A DNA stretch of 64,000 nucleotides from Ramazzottius varieornatus (taxonomy: Eukaryota > Animalia > Tardigrada), in the NCBI GenBank assembly GCA_001949185.1, contig BDGG01000001.1, forward strand, positions 8,093,067 through 8,157,066, written 5' to 3'. The stretch's first letter is position 1. Every line of letters starts with the position of its first letter. The notes under the pieces were generated by a model that saw nothing but the letters and a program-made list of their open reading frames with translations, did no database searches and was not told the DNA's origin. Below, piece after piece: positions 54,801-64,000 of this stretch. Made by a program: the position numbers and the translations under genes.

Positions 54801-56420
54801 ATATGTTAGGTAGCTGCTGCGTCATTGGTATTAGAGCGGAACGACCCAGTGCTTCTCTTCTATAGAACCCGCGCTATGTTTCAAGAGTTCTTATCGAACC
54901 TGACATAAACTGACATATACAACAGGTGTGGTGCATTTTGTTTGTGAGTCTTACCTATTTCGTAGGTAGTCCATCTGTTTTTCATTGCAGGTGAAAGCTA
55001 TGCTGGTTCTGGGCGACTGGCCCTTTTTTGGCGTCCTCGTTAAACTTCATGATGGCCTGTTCCTCATAGCTTTCGTAAGCAGCTCTGGCCACTGTGTTGC
55101 AGTCGCTGCAGTCATGCACCACCAAAGGATATGGCTCTTCGGCACATCGCTGTCGAATTGCTGCAGAGACAGTTCTTTCGCGGCACTGAGACTTTCTGCG
55201 TTCGTTCCGAGAAAAGATAGCAAGAGTTCGGTTGACCGGGTCTTCCCGGTGTTTCTGTTACCCGTGACTATGAGCGCCGGGACGTGCTTGAACTCATCTA
55301 ATATGGCGCAATAACGAAGACTGAGCACTGTTGTGTGACCTTCAAATGAAGTGGTAGCAAACAGAAATGGGTTCTTCGCATCTGTTCGTGTGTTAATCAC
55401 CATAGGTCAGTAGGTAGCATGTAAACAGGTCTTCCATGCCGTCTGCCTCTAGCATACGTCGAATAATTTCCAGTACACTTGTCTCATCCGGGCCACTGTA
55501 CACTTCTAGTGGAACAAGGTCTGCTAAAGATTTGACCCACACATATTCGGATGACCTGGGATCGATCTTATTAATTTTTCCTTCAGCCTTTCGAAGAAAC
55601 AGCGTTGGTGCAAAACAGAGCGTCTTGTTGTCGTCCATCAGGTTGCGGTGCTCCACAAGCTTTTTGTCTACGAGCTTATTGTTCTTCTTGCAGTATCTAC
55701 AAGTTGATGCGAGTAACTCACTTTACTCAAAGCAAATTGCGAACCGTTTCTTACTCAATGTAAAGCTGAGACTTCCATGTTATCAGAGACCCGAGCAAGT
55801 CGAGAGTAATGACAGCCGGCAGGCCAGGTGTGCTTTGCACCTCAGTGTGAAACTTTTCTTTACTCTGGAAGGCCGCGCTTGTTGAATAGTTGATACTGTA
55901 ATTGAAATCGTCATGTTTTAAAAGCTGGACTGGAAGCTGCACTGGACAATTTCGTTGGACAAATTGCGCTGAAACAAGGAAGTTAGAATATCAAAATAGT
56001 TGTACTGTCTTAATGGTATTCCCGTAAGCGAAAAATTATTCAGGAAACAGTAACATGACACAGTGCGAGTTACAGTATTAAAAGCGAACGTACAGCACCC
56101 GTTTCGCACATTGAATCAGCTTATCGAAGCTGGGTGAATGACCCGATCCCACCTTGGACAATTGATAACTACGCGTTTTGTGGCGCCTGTCTGGATGCGT
56201 TGCATTCCATTGTGGGTTAGGAAGTGTTACCATCAGTTTAATTTTCTGGCGCTCGTCGACTTGCATTCACCGACACCAACTTCCAAGCTGGTTTTAACAA
56301 CTTTTCGTGCAGATGTCAGAAAAATTCTCACGTGTGCTTGTTCGAGAGCTAGATGTTTGCCAAATTTTCAAATGACAATGGTTTTGTTTGTGGCTATAGG
56401 GTGTTCCCAGTTTCACTGAA
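51806..56420 (-). pseudogene. Copy B: spliced, decayed AAA+/SF3-like P-loop NTPase (helicase-like) with C-terminal PHD finger
   Basis: Walker A ALIVTGNRNTGKT (55262-55239), Walker B PLVVHD (55128-55111), motif C/sensor-1 PRTSIAFTCN (55013-54984), ALGRSALIP (about 54860-54821), 55-bp intron 54954-54900, intact C4HC3 PHD CTRC..CTQC..HIAC..CEAC; frameshifts between motifs; 5' limit approximate. Confidence 0.72.
53218..54104. mobile_element. Large foldback MITE (887 bp, arms about 350 bp, TA TSD) inserted in copy B
   Basis: ta|cagtctcggtc ... gaccgagactg|ta; ORF track shows mirror peptides at 53236-53445 (+) and 53877-54089 (-). Confidence 0.92.
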
Positions 56421-56949
56421 TCGTCCAAAATTAATCTATAATCTGGTTTCGATCTTTTACCGCTCGTTTGGGACCTTTCAAAACACCCAGATGGATCAAA
56501 TGAATGAAAACTAATTGGTTTGGGAATTATAGTTTATAAAAGTACTCGGTGAAACCGGTGAAAGGTTGCGAAGCGCAAATTTCATTGGCTACATCCATCT
56601 GGCTCCATCCAACATCCATTTTTAACGGTTAATTTCGTCGTACACTGTACGGATATCATGCACTTGTTACTGACGTCAGCAATCACGTTTTTACTCGAGT
56701 GCGCGTATGACCCACAGGGAGAGGAGCGACGGAGTACAAATGAACAAGCATTTTGGTGGGTGGTTTTAGAAACTCTGGCACAACTTTTGGACGAAATAAT
56801 TTTGGCACATCCCGCGCCCCATACTGAACAACCCTTACCGATTTTCATGCTTGTCGTTCACGTGGTTCATTCTGAAGACCTATTCTCCTTGTGTCTTTTG
56901 TCCCGATCGCACGCCTTGGACAATATTCAGGTCGAAATTGAGGACGTAA

Positions 56950-57525
56950 TTGTTGACTTCCTTGTCGGTGTACGTGTCTTTCAGGGCGAAAAACAAGCGG
57001 CTGTTCCGAACATACCATTCTTACAACCAAAATGTTATCCGGGTGCCACATGAAGCGCCTTTCTTTAAGTATGACTTACCTTCTGAGCAACTGGGTCTTT
57101 TTTTTGAAAGAAAACTCATCCCAAACAAGCGTTCAGAATTCCTTCACATCGGTCTAAGAAGCCGGGCGTTTTTGACTCCAAATCAATTTCAGTACTATGT
57201 GTTTTTGACTGAATTGGATGAAGTAGTATTAGGAAGAGCAGCATTCTTCCGCAAACTCTCACATTATGGCCGTATGACGTCTCGCGTAGAAAAAGATCAA
57301 TGGTTCAGGCGAAAATTTAAATACCAGAACAAGAAACTTGCACTTAAAAAACAACTGCGAACATGGAAAACAGACACAGCAAGGCTATGTCCAAGCAACC
57401 CGTATGGCGAAGTTGACACACTTGAGACATCCTCGCGTTCCAGTAAACTGGATATCGTTTCTGATGCGCAAGTACTAATCTGTAAAAACGCTGGTTGGCC
57501 TTGCATCGATAATTTATTGGTTTAA
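56950..57525 (+). CDS. Orphan ORF, basic, 191 aa
   Basis: One of the longest open frames in the window; part of a tandem ORF cluster; no recognised motif and no ATG start. Confidence 0.25.
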   Translation: MLTSLSVYVSFRAKNKRLFRTYHSYNQNVIRVPHEAPFFKYDLPSEQLGLFFERKLIPNKRSEFLHIGLRSRAFLTPNQFQYYVFLTELDEVVLGRAAFFRKLSHYGRMTSRVEKDQWFRRKFKYQNKKLALKKQLRTWKTDTARLCPSNPYGEVDTLETSSRSSKLDIVSDAQVLICKNAGWPCIDNLLV

Positions 57526-57553
57526 TTATTTTTTCCTGCTCTGGCTTTCGACC

Positions 57554-57883
57554 ATGGCGAACACGAAAATTATCGGCTCGCTGTGTGAGCAATATGGTTT
57601 CGATGTACTGACAGGTATACGAGAAATCTTCTGGACGTTACCCGAAAACCTTCCGGAAGAGGCAGCTTATCAGGCACTCAAGTCAGCACTACAGCTCAAC
57701 AGGGCGGACATAAGATATCTAATTAAACATCTTCTGACTGCTGCTCCTCAAATACTGCAGAACAACCACCACGTCATCGTGTTTATTTTTTATGTCCTCC
57801 CACGGAAATATGCTTACTCGGATGCCAGTACCGACGTGTTGTTAATAAAGGCGATCCGTTCCGACTTACTGTATAGGCCATAA
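57554..57883 (+). CDS. Orphan ORF, 109 aa
   Basis: ATG in good context (accATGg), amphipathic-helix-like composition (LPEEAAYQALKSALQL); no recognised family. Confidence 0.35.
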   Translation: MANTKIIGSLCEQYGFDVLTGIREIFWTLPENLPEEAAYQALKSALQLNRADIRYLIKHLLTAAPQILQNNHHVIVFIFYVLPRKYAYSDASTDVLLIKAIRSDLLYRP

Positions 57884-58476
57884 GAATGCCATTGAGGTAG
57901 CTAACTTTCAGATTAACTGTCCTATAATTACAATGCGCAAGCAGTATGTCTCGTAGGTTGAAGTATTTGAACTTGACCGGGTTGTCAAACAAGGTTTCGA
58001 GCACACGCTTCGCCACACTTTCTGCGGCTCCCGATATTCGTACTTCACGTATTACAACGCCACATCGAAAAAGCAGTTTTTGTATGAGAATCAGCGGATT
58101 CTACGTGTGTCGAAATACGTTTACGTGACCAGAGACGAATCCGAGCTGTTGATCAACGACATGTGAGAGGATAAGTTGTAACAAAATATCAGGGGCGGAA
58201 GTATGACTTTTTACTCCTCGCAAAAAATGTTTCCCAGAATTTTTCCTGAAATCAGAACCTAATCTACTCCACCGACTTCTCCAATCATACTACTGCGGCA
58301 CTCTGATGTTTGCCTAACCTCTCTTGTATGTCGTGGTTTCTGGTTTCTATTTCTGGAGTGAAGGTGTTTTGGGGAGCAACAAGTCATAGTTCCGCGCTTA
58401 ATATGCGGGGCTGTAGCCTAGGTAGCTCATACAATTCTGCTTACTCGCCGAGTTTGACCCTTTCTAAATTCCAATA

Positions 58477-58734
58477 CAGTCAGGTCGATCGAAATCTGGT
58501 ACCAGATTTTCCGATTTCGAAACAAAGAAATCATGCAAAGTTAACAGCACTGCACGCCATACCGACACAGCCGGTCCACATGCGAGTTGATTACTTGATC
58601 ACACCTGTTAAACTATGTTGTGATGTGCGTGTTATGTAATTCCGGCCTTAGCTTGGCATGCAGTATGGTGAATGTATAGCAAATCCCAAAACGAAATCGA
58701 AGAAGTAGGTACCAGATTTCGAACGACCTGACTG
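58477..58734. mobile_element. Tc1-type MITE (TA TSD)
   Basis: ta|cagtcaggtcgatcgaaatctggtacc ... ggtaccagatttcgaacgacctgactg|ta. Confidence 0.85.
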
Positions 58735-59219
58735 TACAAAATTCAAAATCGAAAGTTTCGGGTTGGCTATTTTGATATTGGTCGGAATTGATCAAAATAT
58801 TGTTATACGATTGAAAAAGAAGATGTTGGTAATATGAATAGTATACGCCATTAATTATCTCGCAAAATGCGCATGAGTATATAACTTTCTCGCCTCTCAA
58901 AGCACTGTCAATCCTTGACTGAGTGAGTAATGGTGCACTAAGGCATGGTGCACAACCGTGCAAGATTATGCGCACGTGGTGCTTCGCGAAGAAGCCACGG
59001 TACGTCCCATACACGCAACCGGCATCCGGCCGGACCTTGCAAGGGTTCTGTATCTGAACTGGGGTCCAAGTTTACGCCTTTACAATGTACCGCGGCTCCT
59101 TCGAGACTATAACAGTCCGTGCTGTCGGCAGTCATCCGGATAATTCGGGAACAATATATTCTGCGCGATATACCGCAGGGTCATTCCTGACGTTAACGCA
59201 TACCACGCTTCATACCGTA

Positions 59220-59376
59220 CTGTATTCCCCCGATATCTTCGCGAAGCCCGTTACACGGGGCGCCACCTATGGAACGAACGAGACGTATAACGTACAAGGG
59301 GTATCGTGTGGAAGACGTACTTTCTGTAGGTGACGCCATGGGTAACAGGATTTGCGAAGATATCGGGAGAATACAG
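59220..59376. mobile_element. TA-TSD MITE (157 bp)
   Basis: ta|ctgtattcccccgatatcttcgc ... gcgaagatatcgggagaatacag|ta; a similar terminus (cgggggaatacagta) recurs near 63185. Confidence 0.85.
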
Positions 59377-60327
59377 TACAAAAATGCCAAGTTTACGGAA
59401 ATACGGACAATTTAAATTGTTTTCGAAAGCCTTATTTGAATTGATCGTAATTAATGATTCAGCAAGGATGAGGCACCTGCAACTCAAATGACTGTTGCGG
59501 GAGGGATTTCGATTAATCGTAATCGCAATCGAAATTGAGAAAGTCATATTTGAAAATACTGGATTTCAGTGCTAATGTCGTCCATGTGCAATAAGCCTGA
59601 GTGAAGCACCCGCGCTGCCAAAATTTGCCATGCGTGAGACGTATACCAATGCCACTCTACAGCGGACAGGCCATGAAACTCTTGTGCCTCGGTTAGCTAA
59701 CTGGGGAAGGTGGGAAAGAGAACAGACAGCGCCGCTCAGTGAAACACTGGATTCATGTGCACGTCGTTCCCATTCTGGGATCATTATAAGTCTGAAGAAA
59801 TTTAATCGAAAGAAAACTTTGCCGAAGACGCAATAGAAGAAACATTCAGCTACTCGAACGTGAAAGAATGGAAAAAGTAGGATAGTCCAGCAATAAGTTA
59901 TAAGAAGAAAACAACGTGCGGGTCGAAAATCGCTTCTCTCTGCTCCCTCTTCCTGCTCCTGCTGCAAAATCGGTATGAGGACATCCACGATACAATGCGA
60001 AATTGTTTTGGTATTTGTTTTAGCATAAATGAATAGCTCGTTCTTCTGGCTAACCATCTGTCTTCGGCAAAATACCTGTACGATTTGAAACAGAAGTTTT
60101 GTTTGAAGAAATACGACGCGGAATGGTCATTGCAACTACATGAACATTTACGGGTGAATAGAAAGCGAGGCTCCCCACTTATTTGCCACTAATGCCCTCT
60201 CTGTTCCCCTCTCTTTTTCTAAGCAGCGCGGTTTGTATGGGGACCGCGCATTTCCCCAGTTATCTGCGATATAGGCAAGTTTTATGACTAGTTTTATGGC
60301 CTGTCGCCTGTAGAGTGGCATTGCGTA

Positions 60328-60515
60328 TACCCACGACGGGAAATTATGGACCAGTAATGTTATGGCTAGGCTTTTCCGGTACGGAAGATCGTACGTACGC
60401 GACTGATAGTGTTAATGCACTTTTCGAAACTTTTCTACAGTTGATGTTCCGATATGTCGTCTTTTCCGCCTAGTCCATGACCCTAAATGATCCATAATTT
60501 CTCTTCGTGTGTGTA
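60328..60515. mobile_element. Degenerate MITE
   Basis: cacgacgggaaattatggacca vs tgatccataatttctcttcgtg inverted arms. Confidence 0.5.
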
Positions 60516-61566
60516 AAACTTGCACATCGGCTCACTTGCCTTCGGGGTGGGTGCCAGGCATAGCCCCATATATCTTGGTTGTAACTACAAAAGGCGTTCA
60601 GTAGCAAATCCCTACAAGCTGGTCGCCCGCCTTCGGCTCGCTCGCAGCTTGCCGTGAGTGGGTACCGTGAGTCCTGAAATGTGTTTTAAATAAGACTTGG
60701 TTGGTTGTTATGACTGATAAGTCATGGTACTCAAAAACACCATGAAGGGACGGTATGTTCTGCAGGTCGATTAGCACCCTGAACACGGGGCGCAAAACTC
60801 ACTTTCCCGGCGCACACTCATTTGTGCGTAGCGAGCTTCTAGTTTACCTTTTACTCCCCGTTTTTTCCCGTTTGCACGGACAATCAACTCTTCTTCAAAC
60901 TAAAGCTAGCGGCTACTGGACACTGGCCTTGCAAACCCGTGCGGAACTACTTTCCTTTTTCAACGGAATTCCGCCGTAGCCAAAAAATTACTTTCCAGCC
61001 AGGCTCTCGGTTAGTTCAGAGTCACCAAAATAATCGCTGCGCCAGTCCAGACATTTTAGTATCTTGTAACAGATGCCCAGTGGTCATGAAAAAAATCATA
61101 AAGCCTGGTCGTTCTGAGTTGGCAGGTGGCGCACTCTACACCATATTCCCAAATTTTGGCCAATCGACCAGGTGGTGATTGGTCTAATCTGGTACCACCC
61201 CCAAGCGTCAACCAGTTAAAACAAGGCGAAAGTGACTCTCCCGTATCGTATTCTGAGAGCACGAAATCTCGTAGTGCTCAAGGTGTTAAAACGAGATTAG
61301 GGTCCTTGCGTTTCGCGCAGACGAATCGAACAAACACATCTGATTGATTTTCATAATAGCATTTGCTGAAGCCTTGAGAGGTTGCAAAACTCGTGGTAGC
61401 TTGAGAAAACGATGGAGTAGACGAATGAAGCCGGACATGATAGTTTGCCTGGCAGTAGTTTGCTAGCTTGGCATCGGTTGCGCTCCCCAATGGGTTTCGC
61501 AATTCAGAACATCACTGAAGGTCAGAATATCACCAAAGGCAAATCGGAAAATTTTGTGATCAGCGG

Positions 61567-61728
61567 CAGCGGCGGCGTTATGTCGCTACCTATCTATTAT
61601 TTTTTGCATGTTGACCCCTGCGAGGGGAAATCAGTAGAACAAGATGCAAGAGGTTTTACCCGCAGTGCCCGGGGTAAGAGTCAAAATGCAAAGGATAACA
61701 GATAGGAAGCGACATAACGCCGCCGCTG
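61567..61728. mobile_element. hAT-type MITE with 8-bp TSD
   Basis: TIR cagcggcggcgttatgtcgct / agcgacataacgccgccgctg; ATCAGCGG at 61559-61566 and 61729-61736. Confidence 0.88.
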
Positions 61729-64000
61729 ATCAGCGGTGAGCTTCCTTCGGGATTCACGAACGAAGCCCCCTTCTTTGGGTGAAGCGCGAAGCGTATCATC
61801 AGTCTACTATCTCTAAACTTTTTCAAGCGCAATCGATTCAGTCAAACTATTGTTTGTTCAAACCATCTGGGTATTTTGCAAGGTCTCTATTGGCTGGGCC
61901 AGCGTCTCCCACAGTGTACCCACGCGGTCTTGGTCCATTTTTGTACGAGGAGGAAAACCGAACTTTTCCGACAGGAATACTTTGCTAAGTCAAATACTGC
62001 AGGTAGCGCTATCCACTGCGGCGCCAGACCTAAACCAGCTGGAGACTGAGCAACAGTTAGCAAAGTTTAAGCTGTTCCACGTTTGTAATTCATTTCAGGC
62101 CTTGATTCAATGATTGACGAGTTCAGGACAAAACTTCTGTATGTTTTGGTAACAGTCATGGTTATCGCCATATTTTCCTGTAGTGTGGACAGATTCTGCC
62201 ACTTCCAGCTTCAGGATGTAGCCAGAAGCTTATACATAGTTTGGAGAGTCGAGGAGGGGAGAATAACTCGGGCTATAGCAAGCATTCTCACTCAAACTAC
62301 CCGTGGTTTTTTTGTCTCTTTCGGTGACGTCATGCGCCACCCGATTGCAAAAAACCTGTCGTTTGAGCTAAGCGTTGGCCTAATGCGTTTTCGCGTGGAA
62401 GTTAGCAAAGTTTTAGCTGTTCCGATTTTCAGTAGAAAACACGTGAAGATTGTATCGGCACACCGACGCACGCCGTCAAATCCGTGTGGTTTCTGCTTCA
62501 TCTGGTTCATATGGGGTTTACTGGCTTGGCTTGCTCTGCCCTCTGCAAGAAGTGGGCTCCCTAATATCGAACTCCATTTTCAAATGGCTTTTCTTCCGGA
62601 ATTTCTCTCGTCATAAACTCCTGCTGAATCTCAGTTCTGCCGGGGTTAGAAGAGAACAAGGTGTTGGAAGATACTCGTGAATTAGTTTCGTATTGAAAAA
62701 CCTGGTGGTAGCTGAGAAAATTAGCAGTTAGAAAAGTATTTCCCAGTTTGGGGAGTTAGAAAAGTTAGGTATTGCTCCTCGTACTCAAACTCCTATACGA
62801 ACTATTTTTTGTGCACACGATACAGGTGGGATTTGCGGAAGCGCAAGCTGATAGGGATTGCCATATGACAGAGCATAGCGCGCCTTTACTCGTGCGCAGT
62901 CAAACCATTGGCTGGTTTGTACTGGTGCACTTGCGCAGCGGCACCAAGTCCCAACGCGGCCACCTTCTATGGGGACTTCGGCTCCGCGCATCTTGGCTGT
63001 AGCACACGAAAAGCTTCGTGTTGTAAGTGTTATACAACACGATATTGTAGGACTGAGTGGATTCTAAGGTTGTTACTCTATTCCCTCGAAAGTTCTGTGC
63101 GGTCTCATGGCAGGCTCATAGATTAGGCCTCGGGGATTATTTATGGACCTGTCATTTGTTCTACGGCGTTCTGCCCAGAACTTTCGGGGGAATACAGTAG
63201 CATGACTTAGAGCTGGCGTTTATCTAAATATGAGTATCGGCATATGAAAATGCGTCCAACTGGTTCACATCTAAATTGTTCAGGAGAGAATTCTAAAGTT
63301 TCTCGACCTTAAGAGCGAAATCAAACGGGACTTTTACCTATACCAAACATAGTCTGGGGAAAAAGAATTCGAAGTCAGATTCAAGTTTTGGCCACTGGTT
63401 GGAAAGATAGGAAGAAGAAGGTAGTTGTGCCGAATTCCCGTACATTGCCTAGTCAGCACGCTGATCGGCTGTATGCGCTGTGCCCAGTTGTTTTAATCAA
63501 CTAATCAAACAACAATAGTGCAGAGATCACGTGCACCGGAAGTGCTCACTAGTTCGCGTCTCTAATGAGAGCGCGCTGCTTATGTTAAGGTTGCCTCTTA
63601 ATACCGCTGTGTTTTTCCAGTAGTATCCTCAATTCTTTCAGCCACTCGTTCGGGTTTCATTACCGCGGTAAAATGAACCTATGGTGCTGTTCAACATTTC
63701 GAACAACTTGATGTCATGAAAGGCTAATTTTGAGCGAAACTGCATTGGACGGATTCTCATATGCCGATACTCATATGGCTGTCTAATTCAGCTAAACGGA
63801 CCATGTGATTGGTTGGTCGTCGTCAACAGGCCCCTCCTACTGTGATTAGCTAAACGGATTGAAATCGTCCATTTAGCTAAAACGAAACCAATAAGCTTCT
63901 CGGTGACGTCATGTCTGAACTCCGAAAGTTCACATATTCAAAAGTCAGAAAAACCTCAATCCCGTTTTATGATCTGTACCTCATCGCAGTTCTTCAGTCA

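Noticed and set aside
62110-62616. 168-aa plus-strand ORF as a membrane protein
   Set aside because: No motif or splice context; composition fits an antisense shadow.
1-64000. Prokaryotic operon, defence-system or rRNA/tRNA interpretation
   Set aside because: Spliceosomal introns, low coding density and eukaryotic TEs; no intact structural RNA gene recognised.

Overview
Eukaryotic (animal, probably invertebrate; species not determinable) genomic DNA with short GT-AG introns. The only clearly intact host gene is a 5-exon core-1 beta-1,3-galactosyltransferase (C1GALT1/T-synthase-like, 164-5152, +, 320 aa when spliced). The rest is a dense transposon graveyard: a full-length Tc4/Tc5-like pogo-family DNA transposon (6652-9064, 145-bp TIRs, TCA duplication in a CTNAG target), a second pogo transposase split by a nested CCCAG-ended EnSpm/CMC-like element, a decayed hAT transposase, a CRE-like non-LTR RT fragment, LTR-like segments and over a dozen MITEs. 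The best candidate for an undescribed system is a pair of diverged, decayed paralogous spliced genes (about 9955-12036 + and 51806-56420 -). The longer copy encodes an AAA+/SF3-like P-loop NTPase (Walker A, Walker B, motif C and an Arg-finger-like segment), both end in a PHD finger, and the longer copy lies next to tightly packed orphan ORFs. This suggests an unclassified helicase-PHD mobile element or endogenous virus family. All assignments come from manual reading; no searches were run.
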